A program made the position numbers and the translations under genes. A model generated the notes under the pieces. That model was not told the origin of the DNA. It did not search any database and saw only the letters and a list, made by a program, of their open reading frames with translations. Source: an uncultured bacterium (GTDB lineage: Bacteria > Patescibacteriota > Microgenomatia > Levybacterales > UBA12049). From it: a DNA stretch of 64,000 nt. Location of the stretch: the NCBI GenBank assembly GCA_963826535.1, contig CAWGXL010000011.1, forward strand, positions 803,521-867,520, in the 5' to 3' direction. Below, one piece after another: positions 18,701 to 27,116 of this stretch. Position 1 is the first letter of the stretch; every line of letters starts with the position of its first letter.

Positions 18701-19855
18701 TTGATTTATTTACCCTTCGAATGTATAATTTGCTCCATGAATGAACTCCCAAGAATTTCTGCAGATCAAACAGGAGCTTTACAAAGGCCTGGAGCTGACA
18801 GTGGTAGACAAGAACAACGGTCAATTGCATTAGAGATTGTTGTTCTTAATGAACATACACTGGGAAATATTTTGAGTGATCCGTCCCGAGGCGTGAGCTT
18901 ATTTCGCAGTTTAGTTTTTTCTCCTTATAGCTTAGAGGGATTCGCAGATAATCCGGACGGACAGCAACATTTAGCTGACTTTTATATTAATACATTTGGT
19001 CTTAACAGACGCGGAGATTTATTGGATGTGGGTTTTGGAACGAATATCCATATTCCATATAGATTCGCAAAAAGGGGAATTACTGCATATGCACTCGATA
19101 GATATACGGTTGAACCTAAAGCGGAAACATGGCATGCTCCGCACGAAGAGACTTTAAATGTTCATGGTATTAGGCTGGTAAGCGGAGACATAGCCGGATT
19201 AGGGGAAAGAGATTCTACTCTTCGTGATCATAGATTTGGTACTATACTTTTCAATGGATCATGGGATGCAAGTGGAAATAATTTTACTGTTGGAGGAGAA
19301 GTTGCAGATTTTAAAAGAATGGAGCTTGGTGTAGAAGAGCCTTTTTTTGATTTTGTTGATCGCGAAAGGTCTACTATTTTACAGACATGTCGTGAACATT
19401 TAACAGATACTGGTATGATAGGGGTGGTTTCTCCCCGCTACGCATTTCATGGATCAGGGTATGACTTTGATCAATTACCCGAGGAAAAACTTACATTTAT
19501 TGATCTTTTTGGGAAATTCAAAGATCTTGGCGCAAAAAGAATCAATGTAATAGGGCTTTCACAGCAAGGCTTTGATCAACTAATGACTGTAGCACAAACT
19601 CAACTTGCTGATTATATAGCAAAGCATGGACAATCTGTGTTTTTTCAGCCAATTAAAAGAGGGGAGCAGCAGCTAGTAAGAGATCAATTGCTATCACCTT
19701 TACAAATTGACATTCAAGATCAATATAAAAATTGGCCTAAAGACTCAAATCCTCAAGGACAAGTGGAGCGAATAAGGTCATCAGTGCAAACTGCCGAACA
19801 ATTTCCAGCTTTTAGTCAAGTCGCACGCATTGATGCAATGTTTGCTGAGTTTTAA
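18701..19855 (+). CDS. Hypothetical protein with SAM-methyltransferase-like motif
   Basis: LLDVGFGTNIHIPYRFAKRGITAYALD resembles MTase motif I; start uncertain (internal ATG at 18737). Confidence 0.35.
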   Translation: MIYLPFECIICSMNELPRISADQTGALQRPGADSGRQEQRSIALEIVVLNEHTLGNILSDPSRGVSLFRSLVFSPYSLEGFADNPDGQQHLADFYINTFGLNRRGDLLDVGFGTNIHIPYRFAKRGITAYALDRYTVEPKAETWHAPHEETLNVHGIRLVSGDIAGLGERDSTLRDHRFGTILFNGSWDASGNNFTVGGEVADFKRMELGVEEPFFDFVDRERSTILQTCREHLTDTGMIGVVSPRYAFHGSGYDFDQLPEEKLTFIDLFGKFKDLGAKRINVIGLSQQGFDQLMTVAQTQLADYIAKHGQSVFFQPIKRGEQQLVRDQLLSPLQIDIQDQYKNWPKDSNPQGQVERIRSSVQTAEQFPAFSQVARIDAMFAEF

Positions 19856-19871
19856 CTGATATAATTTCTTT

Positions 19872-20450
19872 ATGATTATAGGTAAAGATGATTTGGTTTT
19901 GATTTTTGAGACTTCTGAGGAATTTTCCCAATGGCTGGAAAAGCATCATAAAACTGTATCAAGCATTTGGCTTCGGATGTATAAAAAGAAATCCGGGAAG
20001 AAATCTATAAATTATGGTCAGGCTCTGGACGAAGCACTTTGTTATGGATGGATAGATGGTATTGTAAAGAAATATGATGGGGACTCTTATGTGCAGCGTT
20101 TTACTCCGAGACGGCCAAAGGGGAATTGGTCTAAGAGAAATACAGAGCATATTGCGCGCTTACTAAAGGAGGGAAGAATGAAGCCATCGGGAATTGCAGA
20201 GGTTGAGGCTGCAAAGAAGGATGGAAGATGGGAGGCTTCGTATCCCTCTCCTGCAAACGCAAAAATTCCGGAGGATTTTCTTGACGAAATTGCGAAGAAT
20301 AAAAAAGCAAAAGCTTTTTTTGATACACTTAGCAAAACTAATCTTTATTTTATTGCGTATAGGTTGCTGACGGCTAAAAGGCCGGAGACTTTGGAGAGAA
20401 GGAAAGAGGTTATTTTGAAGATGTTAGAAAGGGGTGAGAAGTTTTATTGA
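19872..20450 (+). CDS. YdeI/OmpD-associated family protein (DUF1905-like)
   Basis: 192 aa; QWLEKHHKTVSSIWLRMYKKKSGKKSINYGQALDEALCYGWIDG signature. Confidence 0.55.
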   Translation: MIIGKDDLVLIFETSEEFSQWLEKHHKTVSSIWLRMYKKKSGKKSINYGQALDEALCYGWIDGIVKKYDGDSYVQRFTPRRPKGNWSKRNTEHIARLLKEGRMKPSGIAEVEAAKKDGRWEASYPSPANAKIPEDFLDEIAKNKKAKAFFDTLSKTNLYFIAYRLLTAKRPETLERRKEVILKMLERGEKFY

Positions 20451-20508
20451 GAAATTACATATCCTGGTATTATTTCTCTTGGTATAACCTCTTCATATAA
20501 AATTTTTT

Positions 20509-20730
20509 ATGCCGATTAAATTTTCTGTTCACGCAAAAAACCAATTAAAGAGACGGAGAATTCCTCAAAAGTTAGTAGTTGATACAATTCGCAATCCGGA
20601 AAATAAAAGTTCAAGTTTTAATAATAGAATATTGCGACGAAAGTCAGTTGGTGGTAAGATATTGGAAGTAGTAACCAAGACCGAAGGACAGAAAATTACT
20701 GTAATTACTGGTTATTATATAATAGAATAA
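20509..20730 (+). CDS. DUF4258 domain protein (putative toxin of DUF4258/DUF2283 pair)
   Basis: 73 aa; FSVHAKNQLKRRRIPQKLVVDTIRNPE; 3 nt before a DUF2283 gene. Confidence 0.5.
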   Translation: MPIKFSVHAKNQLKRRRIPQKLVVDTIRNPENKSSSFNNRILRRKSVGGKILEVVTKTEGQKITVITGYYIIE

Positions 20731-20732
20731 AT

Positions 20733-20933
20733 ATGAAAATTAAATATGATTCAAAAGTTGATGCTGTTTATATTGAATTGGCAAAGGGAAGGTACAAGGT
20801 TAGCCGAGAAATTTCGGACGCGGTTGTTGTGGATGAGGACAGACATGGAAAAGTATTAGGAATTGAAATTTTGGATGCTACGGAAAATATTCCTTCGTTT
20901 GATCCTAAAAAGATTTCAATTCAAACTGCTTAA
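20733..20933 (+). CDS. DUF2283 domain protein (putative antitoxin)
   Basis: 66 aa; YDSKVDAVYIELAKG...VVVDEDRHGKVLGIEILDA matches DUF2283. Confidence 0.55.
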   Translation: MKIKYDSKVDAVYIELAKGRYKVSREISDAVVVDEDRHGKVLGIEILDATENIPSFDPKKISIQTA

Positions 20934-21101
20934 TTTGATATAATTTCTTCATGAATTTGAGTGTTGGGGAATTCAGGTTATTTATCCAATTTTACAAGTT
21001 AGATTCAAATTAAAGGAAAATACAACTTATCGATAGCAGCATTTTTATATGGCTAAGATAAATAAAAACTATATAAAAAGTATAGAGGAGAATTTAAAAA
21101 T

Positions 21102-22406
21102 ATGAAATCTACTGTAAGCCATATGATTGAAATATTGCCTGATGAAAAAATTTCAGTTTTTAAATCAATTGCTGAAAAATTCGGAACACCGCTGTATGTT
21201 TATTTTGAAGATGAACTTATCAAAAAATTAGAGATATTTAAAGCCATTCCGGCTCCGTATGGTTTGATTGTGCGATACGCTATCAAAGCAAATTCGACAG
21301 CCGCGATAATAAGTTTGTTTGAAAAACAGGGAGCGCATTTTGATGCGAGTACTTTTAACGAATGTAGTCGTTTGATAAAAGGTGCGGGAATAACCGGTGC
21401 AAAAATTCGCTTAACCAGTCAGGAAGTACAGTCACCAGAACAGCTTAAATTTATCGCAAAAAATGGAATTCTCTACACAGCCTGTTCACCACTGCAGCTT
21501 GAGACATACGGAAAAGTAATGCCAAATACAGTGGTAGGCGTACGGTTCAATATCGGCATCGGATCGGGTCACATTCCACAAGTGTCAACAGGGGGAACTA
21601 ATTCATCATTTGGTATTTATCAGCAAAGAGATGAGATTGATGAGCTGCTTAAAAAATATAAACTAACAATCACTACTGCACATTTTCATATCGGTTCAGG
21701 GAGTGATCCTGAGAAACAGAAAATAGCAATTGAGTTGGGATTAAAAATTGTAAAAAACTATCCAACAGTTGACACCATTAATATGGGTGGTGGATTTAGA
21801 GTTGCGATAATGAATTATGAGAAAGCGACTGACGTTGAGGAGGTCGGGGAGAAAATGTGTAGTTCGCTTTCAAATTTTGAAAAAGAAACGGGAAGAAAAA
21901 TCAAGCTTGAAGTCGAGCCGGGGAAAGCTCTTGTGATGAACCCAGGATATATTGTTACAACTGTTGTAGATAAAGTTAGTACAGGGCCTAAAGGAGAAGA
22001 ATTTCTTAAAGTAAATGGAGGGATGAATATGAACGCGCGAATTCCAATGCATGGAGCTGCGCATCCGTTTGTTGTTATTCCAAAAAAAGATAATAAAAAT
22101 GTGCGAAAATATGTAGTAAACGGTATATGTTGTGAAAGCTCTGATATTTTGACAATACGTCCGCGGGAGACGGAAATTATTGAGCCTAGGGCAATGAAGG
22201 AAGCTGAGGTCGGGGATTTATTTATTGTTGGAGGGGCAGGTGGATATTGCTCTTCTATGGCTCCCGTAAATTACAATTCCCAGCAAATTCATCCGGAAAT
22301 TCTGGTAAGAAGTAATGGTAAACTTGATCTTATCAGGAGAAGACAACCCATTGCAGATATTTGGAAATATGAAAGAGTTCCGGAAGATCTTAAATTAAAT
22401 TTATGA
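21102..22406 (+). CDS. PLP-dependent Orn/DAP/Arg decarboxylase family protein (diaminopimelate decarboxylase-like)
   Basis: 434 aa; TPLYVYFEDELIKKL, RYAIKAN (PLP Lys), fold-type III decarboxylase length and order. Confidence 0.65.
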   Translation: MKSTVSHMIEILPDEKISVFKSIAEKFGTPLYVYFEDELIKKLEIFKAIPAPYGLIVRYAIKANSTAAIISLFEKQGAHFDASTFNECSRLIKGAGITGAKIRLTSQEVQSPEQLKFIAKNGILYTACSPLQLETYGKVMPNTVVGVRFNIGIGSGHIPQVSTGGTNSSFGIYQQRDEIDELLKKYKLTITTAHFHIGSGSDPEKQKIAIELGLKIVKNYPTVDTINMGGGFRVAIMNYEKATDVEEVGEKMCSSLSNFEKETGRKIKLEVEPGKALVMNPGYIVTTVVDKVSTGPKGEEFLKVNGGMNMNARIPMHGAAHPFVVIPKKDNKNVRKYVVNGICCESSDILTIRPRETEIIEPRAMKEAEVGDLFIVGGAGGYCSSMAPVNYNSQQIHPEILVRSNGKLDLIRRRQPIADIWKYERVPEDLKLNL

Positions 22407-22966
22407 AAAATGCATTTATTATTCATGGAGCATATGGAAATCCGGAAGAAAACTGGATTACGTGGCTAAAGCAGGAACTGGAAAATATTGGTATCGCAAC
22501 AATTGTCCCCAAATTTCCAACTCCCGAAGGGCAGAATCTTGAAAACTGGATGAAGGCTTTTGAACCTTTCAAAAAACAATTAAACCATGAGTCCATTATC
22601 ATAGGACATAGTATTGGAGTAGCATTTATCTTGAGAGTTTTGGAGAGTATCGACGTTAAAATTAAGGCAGCATTTTTAGTTGCGGGGTTTTTAAAGGGAA
22701 TAGGGGATGCGGAATTGGATGCTATGAACGAAACTTTTTACGGAAAACCTTTTGATTGGAAAAAAATCAGGAAAAATTGTCGAGAGTTTGTGTGCTACAG
22801 TTCGGATAATGATCCTTTTGTACCGCTGTGGCAGGGGCAGGAAGTGGCGGACGGGGTGGGAGTAGAAATATCACTGGTTAAAGGCGCGGGACATTTTAAT
22901 ACGAAAGCAGGATATACGAAGTTTCCGCTTTTGCTTGAGAGAATAAGGTCATTATGGAAGGAATAG
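22403..22966 (+). CDS. YdeN/RBBP9-like alpha/beta serine hydrolase
   Basis: 187 aa; FIIHGAYGNPEENW...IGHSIG (nucleophile elbow) ...GAGHFN. Confidence 0.55.
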   Translation: MKNAFIIHGAYGNPEENWITWLKQELENIGIATIVPKFPTPEGQNLENWMKAFEPFKKQLNHESIIIGHSIGVAFILRVLESIDVKIKAAFLVAGFLKGIGDAELDAMNETFYGKPFDWKKIRKNCREFVCYSSDNDPFVPLWQGQEVADGVGVEISLVKGAGHFNTKAGYTKFPLLLERIRSLWKE

Positions 22967-23021
22967 TAGGATGTGAGTCTTTTTGTTGTACTTACACCAG
23001 ATAAATTGTAGACTATACTAT

Positions 23022-23342
23022 ATGTCCCTTGGAGTCGTGGCTTCAAAGAATAAAGTCCCTATTCGTTTAACCGAAGAACGGTGGATTCATATAACTACAG
23101 CTCATCCGGAAATCGATCCTTCTGAGTCAACTTTTGCATTAGATATTGTTAAAAGTCCGGAGGCGGTTTTAGCAGGTGATAGAGATGAATTACTTGCCGT
23201 TAAGAAGAAGAATAGAAAGAAAGTATGGTTTGTGGTAGTATATAAGGAGATTAATAGTAAAGATGGGTTTATTTTGACAGCTTATTTAACTACTGATGAG
23301 AGGTGGTTGTTTAAGAGAAAGGTTGTATGGAGCAGAACATAA
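23022..23342 (+). CDS. Putative toxin-like small protein (DUF4258-like), upstream partner of DUF2283
   Basis: 107 aa from internal ATG; IRLTEERWIHITTAHPEI resembles the 20509 DUF4258 protein; overlaps next gene by 16 nt. Confidence 0.3.
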   Translation: MSLGVVASKNKVPIRLTEERWIHITTAHPEIDPSESTFALDIVKSPEAVLAGDRDELLAVKKKNRKKVWFVVVYKEINSKDGFILTAYLTTDERWLFKRKVVWSRT

Positions 23343-23569
23343 TTAAATCAACTACTGGCGTGATAAGTAATATTCTGGGTTTGGCGAAACTTGGGGATTC
23401 TAAGTTGTGGATTGATTATGATAAAGATGCGGATGTTTTGTATGTAAGTTTTGGTAAACCTCAAAAGGCTGATGATTCTATTCAAGGTGAGGATGGAATT
23501 GTCCGCAGGAAAAAGAAGAATAAGTTGATTGGTTTAACTTTCCTCAACGCAAGTAGGTTTGCAAAGTAA
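23327..23569 (+). CDS. DUF2283 domain protein (second copy)
   Basis: 80 aa; KLWIDYDKDADVLYVSFGKP...IGLTFLNAS. Confidence 0.5.
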   Translation: MEQNIIKSTTGVISNILGLAKLGDSKLWIDYDKDADVLYVSFGKPQKADDSIQGEDGIVRRKKKNKLIGLTFLNASRFAK

Positions 23570-23628
23570 TATGTATTAGTACTTTTTAGTTTTGTTTTTT
23601 TCACCCTTTTGGTATAATTAGCTCAACT

Positions 23629-23916
23629 ATGTTTAATAAAGAAAGCAAGAAGAATTGTCCGTATTGCGATTATGAAGATTCAGTAAAAAATTTTATGACT
23701 TGGGAAAACGATAACGAGAGAGGCGCGCTTGGTAAGACTCCAGATGGCTTCATAATGATTCTTTGTCCAAAATGCAAAAATCATATCAAATATGATACTT
23801 TGGGAAATTCTTTTTTGAAAAAAAATCAAAGAGCAAATAGTACTCTTGTATTCAATTCAATTTTCGTATTAGTAATATTGCTCGTACTTTATTTTCTAAT
23901 AAAAGTATTTTTTTAA
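23629..23916 (+). CDS. Zinc-ribbon membrane-anchored hypothetical protein
   Basis: CPYC...CPKC zinc ribbon plus C-terminal TM helix (VFNSIFVLVILLVLYFLIKVFF). Confidence 0.4.
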   Translation: MFNKESKKNCPYCDYEDSVKNFMTWENDNERGALGKTPDGFIMILCPKCKNHIKYDTLGNSFLKKNQRANSTLVFNSIFVLVILLVLYFLIKVFF

Positions 23917-23989
23917 ATATAATATTATTTTTCGGGTGGGATAGGTTGCCATTTCATTTTATTTCGTACTATTCCTAAATCTGATATAA

Positions 23990-24220
23990 TTGCACGAAAT
24001 GAAAAGTAATAAACTCATCCGTTGCCCAGCAGGACTTAGATTTCTTTATGGGGCGCTAATAACTTTTATTGAAGAGAAAAATATATTACGGAAAAATATT
24101 GCCGATTACCCTGAAAGACAATCTTCGAAATACAATAAAGTTACTATTGAAAAGCTTGATAGGGTAATCAAAAAGACAGAAATTTTAATAAAAGAAACTG
24201 AAAAAGATTTGAAAACGTAG
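23990..24220 (+). CDS. Hypothetical small protein
   Basis: 76 aa ORF; no homology recognised. Confidence 0.25.
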   Translation: MHEMKSNKLIRCPAGLRFLYGALITFIEEKNILRKNIADYPERQSSKYNKVTIEKLDRVIKKTEILIKETEKDLKT

Positions 24221-24249
24221 CTCTGTTCATTTCTTGGTAAAATCACATC

Positions 24250-24336
24250 TATGAATCTATCTGTGGGAATTGTTGGGTTGCCGAATGTTGGGAAGTCGAC
24301 TTTGTTTAATGCTATTGAAGAAGTAGGCGGGACTTG
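24250..24336 (+). pseudogene. Displaced/decayed copy of the ychF 5' end (first 28 codons, then stop)
   Basis: atgaatctatctgtgggaattgttgggttgccgaatgttgggaagtcgactttgtttaatgc encodes [21 protein letters not shown], identical in protein to the ychF N-terminus at 27117. About 75% nt identity with mostly synonymous changes; has its own TAAAAT -10 box 8 nt upstream. Confidence 0.65.
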
Positions 24337-24388
24337 ACAGGATAGCTAATAAGTTATAACATTGTTATAATATAATTTTGGAGGTGAT

Positions 24389-24628
24389 ATGCAGCAGAAG
24401 GTAATACAAATAGGGAATTCGTCAGGAATCACCTTACCGCGATCTATAAGACAGAATGCGGGATTGAAACCTGGAGATAAAGTCGAGGTCAATACAAAGG
24501 GCTCGGATATTATTATTTCTCCTGTTAAGAAGGTAAAAGTGGCGGGTGTAAACGCGAAATTTGTGAAAATGGTTGATGAGTTTATTAATGAACATGAAGA
24601 TGTACTCCGGGAACTCGCCAATAGATGA
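24389..24628 (+). CDS. AbrB/MazE/SpoVT-family antitoxin
   Basis: VIQIGNSSGITLPRSIRQNAGLKPGDKVEV swapped-hairpin motif; GGAGG RBS; overlaps the Doc gene by 4 nt (ATGA). Confidence 0.7.
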   Translation: MQQKVIQIGNSSGITLPRSIRQNAGLKPGDKVEVNTKGSDIIISPVKKVKVAGVNAKFVKMVDEFINEHEDVLRELANR

Positions 24629-25008
24629 AATACCTTACTCCTCAGCGTGTATTGGCGATTCATGATCAATTAATCAAGAGATTCGGAGGGTCATTTGGGT
24701 TGCGAGATTTGGGTCTGCTTGAGTCTGCGGTTGCAAGACCGAGGGCAAGTTATGGAGGGGAAGATCTCTACCGGACAATTTTTGATAAAGCCGCTGCTCT
24801 TCTTCATTCGCTTTTAAAAAATCATATGTTCGTAGATGGGAATAAGCGGACAGCTCTTGCTTCAGCGGGTGTATTTTTGAAATTGAATGGATACAAGCTT
24901 ATAAATAAACATAATGAAGAGTTGGAATTTGCACTTAAAGTGGAAAGTGAAAGTTTGTCTTTGGAGGAAATTGCGGAGTGGCTTGAGAAGAATAGTACTG
25001 AGGTTTGA
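24625..25008 (+). CDS. Doc (death-on-curing) / Fic-fold toxin
   Basis: Doc motif HMFVDGNKRTALASAGVFL (HxFx[DN]GNKR). Confidence 0.75.
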   Translation: MKYLTPQRVLAIHDQLIKRFGGSFGLRDLGLLESAVARPRASYGGEDLYRTIFDKAAALLHSLLKNHMFVDGNKRTALASAGVFLKLNGYKLINKHNEELEFALKVESESLSLEEIAEWLEKNSTEV

Positions 25009-25154
25009 AGCTGGGGGTTTAATGAGGTAGTATGCGTTGCGGCCAGTCCTACTGTCATCACCCAAGTCAAAAGACTAATTTAATCCTCAAATTAATCTTT
25101 TAATACACTTTGCCACTTGACAGCTTCATATACATGTGATATAAAAAGATTATC

Positions 25155-25994
25155 ATGATTAATGAATCCGTACAGTCAGATAAAAAGGAAACTCAAAGCG
25201 TAACTAATGCCTCATCACCTCAGAAAAGAAAGCGGGGAGCATTTCCTCGACTATCTCTTAAAAAGAGTTTGGAACTTTCTAAGGCTATATATAAGCTTGG
25301 ACAAGGTGAGCCAATTAGAAGGTTAAACATTTTTGATAGTTTAGGAAAATCGGCAGAAAGTGGTTCAAGCAGGAGTTTAGTCACTAATTCAAGCGCTTAT
25401 GGTTTAACAAAAGGAGGCTATCAAGCTGATTATTTGGAGCTGACAGAAAAAGGGAAAATGCTAATTTCTATCAATGAAGAAAGGAAGAAATATGAAGTCG
25501 CATACGATATTTTATTTGCCAATGATCTTTTTTCAGGTTTTATTGAATATTGGAAAAATAAACAGCTTCCGTCAGATGAAATAGCTCCAGATTGGTTTGT
25601 GAGAAATTTTCAACTTACAGCCTCAGATGCAAAAGCAGCTTGGGATGTAATAAAAGAGAATATAGACGATTGGAAGCTTACAGAATTGCTTTCGGGTAAA
25701 CAGGTAATTCTTTCTAAAGATATTGCTTCAGAGAGCTTGAAGAAAATATTTGGAAATTTACATGAAGCAGAAATACTTGAGGCAACCAGAGGTATCTCTG
25801 AGACGCTTACAAAAGTAGAAGAGAAAGAACCATCTCTGGTGCAGTCTAATACTATTGAACAAGGGTTAGCTGGATTTGAGAGAAAATATACATATGGCAC
25901 AGCCCGTATGATTTTTCCTGCAAAAATGAAACAAACAGAATTGGATAAGATGAAAATGGCAATTGATGGACTAGTAGAAGTTGTAGAACCATAA
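25155..25994 (+). CDS. Hypothetical protein (orphan) inside island block
   Basis: 279 aa ORF in an AT-rich region; preceded by TTGACA-17nt-TATAAA promoter at about 25108-25140; no recognised domain. Confidence 0.5.
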   Translation: MINESVQSDKKETQSVTNASSPQKRKRGAFPRLSLKKSLELSKAIYKLGQGEPIRRLNIFDSLGKSAESGSSRSLVTNSSAYGLTKGGYQADYLELTEKGKMLISINEERKKYEVAYDILFANDLFSGFIEYWKNKQLPSDEIAPDWFVRNFQLTASDAKAAWDVIKENIDDWKLTELLSGKQVILSKDIASESLKKIFGNLHEAEILEATRGISETLTKVEEKEPSLVQSNTIEQGLAGFERKYTYGTARMIFPAKMKQTELDKMKMAIDGLVEVVEP

Positions 25995-26001
25995 TTAATT
26001 G

Positions 26002-26122
26002 GGGAGCGTATCCAACGAGGCCGAAGGTAAGTAGTGTCCAAAGCTACTACGTCGATGCGATATATTTTGATATCAATATGCTCTGAGGCGTTCCGTCACA
26101 GGTTCGAATCCTGTCCTCCCCA
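26002..26122 (+). ncRNA. tRNA-like element (canonical T-arm + acceptor 3' strand; aberrant or fragmentary body)
   Basis: 3' end acaggTTCGAATcctgt-cctcccc-a gives a perfect T-stem/T-loop and an acceptor strand pairing with 5' ggggagc (1 mismatch). The intervening about 85 nt cannot be folded into D/anticodon arms by eye. Followed by a terminator. Confidence 0.35.
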
Positions 26123-26195
26123 GTGCTAAATCTATTAATAGTTGAAATTTTAGCTTCAATTTGCTATTATGATTGTGATATCAAAATGTACTAGC

Positions 26196-26218
26196 AAACA
26201 ACCTCCTTCTGGAGGTTT
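26196..26218 (+). terminator. Rho-independent terminator
   Basis: cctcc-ttct-ggagg followed by tttttt. Confidence 0.5.
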
Positions 26219-26246
26219 TTTGTGGGTAAAATTGCTATAATCCTAT

Positions 26247-26297
26247 TTATGAACTTATCGGTGGGGATTGTGGGATTGCCGAATGCGTGGGGGAGTT
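26247..26297 (+). pseudogene. Second decayed copy of the ychF 5' end (13 codons, then stop)
   Basis: atgaacttatcggtggggattgtgggattgccgaatgcg encodes [13 protein letters not shown]; own TATAAT box (gctataat) 8 nt upstream. Confidence 0.55.
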
Positions 26298-26356
26298 GAC
26301 TTTCTCTTATAAGATTATTACATGATATTGGAAATGTTCTATGGTATACTACAACT

Positions 26357-26821
26357 ATGGATAAGGTATCAATTTCTGTTCGAAAACTTAGAAGTAATCT
26401 TGAGAAAATTTTAGGCCTTAAAATTTCTATAGCTTGGAAAGGTTTTGGTTCTGCACTTTTTCTAGAATTGGGGAATCTTCATGAAGAATTAGCATGGGAA
26501 AAAGGAGGGAAAATTACTACTGCTAAAGTGGGCGAATGGACTTTATCAAGTGCTGGCGCCTGGAAATTACTTAGAAATGGAAGGATGTTGCTAGATGCTG
26601 AAAAAGCAAAAGAGTCTCAAATTGAAAAAGTGATTAAAGGTTTTGAAAATCTTACTATAAAGTCAGTAGATATCAGTGATAAGCTAGTATTGCGTTTATT
26701 AAATAATGAGATTATTGAGTTTAATAAAGCAGAATATGGGTTTTTCAATTTGTTATTAAATGAAAAGACGAATATAGGTTATGAGAATGATAAGCCGTAT
26801 ATTCAGCAGTTAAGTCTATAA
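26357..26821 (+). CDS. Hypothetical protein
   Basis: 154 aa ORF between the second ychF-fragment copy and ychF; no homology recognised. Confidence 0.4.
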   Translation: MDKVSISVRKLRSNLEKILGLKISIAWKGFGSALFLELGNLHEELAWEKGGKITTAKVGEWTLSSAGAWKLLRNGRMLLDAEKAKESQIEKVIKGFENLTIKSVDISDKLVLRLLNNEIIEFNKAEYGFFNLLLNEKTNIGYENDKPYIQQLSL

Positions 26822-26828
26822 ATAATAT

Positions 26829-27035
26829 TTATCTTCTTTTCGTTTTTTTAACGTCACCAGCTACTTCTAAAAATTCATTACCCTTTTCTAAAAGTTCCCG
26901 GAAAGAAAAGCTATTTGATTCCTTTTGGTAATATTTTCCAAGGTATCGATGGAATTTGTTCTTTTGACTTAGATCGGTAATGCCTAGCTTTTTGCAAATA
27001 CTCTCAAAATCTTTATTTTTATCTCTATTTGTCAT
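26829..27035 (-). CDS. Hypothetical small basic protein
   Basis: 68 aa; convergent with 26357 gene. Confidence 0.35.
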   Translation of the reverse strand: MTNRDKNKDFESICKKLGITDLSQKNKFHRYLGKYYQKESNSFSFRELLEKGNEFLEVAGDVKKTKRR

Positions 27036-27116
27036 AGTGAAACATTTTTAATTTGTCCTCATTATATCAAAGTTTTTTTATTTCGTTTCTTTTTGTAACT
27101 TGGTATAATCAGATGT

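Noticed and set aside
22983-23060. Possible fifth, highly decayed ychF-start copy (atgtcccttggagtcgtgg = MSLGVV)
   Set aside because: Similarity is too short and weak (about 6 aa with gaps) to separate from chance; not counted among the copies.
26002-26122. tRNA-like element considered as tmRNA
   Set aside because: Only about 120 nt; the upstream 840 nt are a clean protein ORF with no room for a tag-peptide reading frame or pseudoknots. tRNA-fragment or tRNA-like is more plausible.
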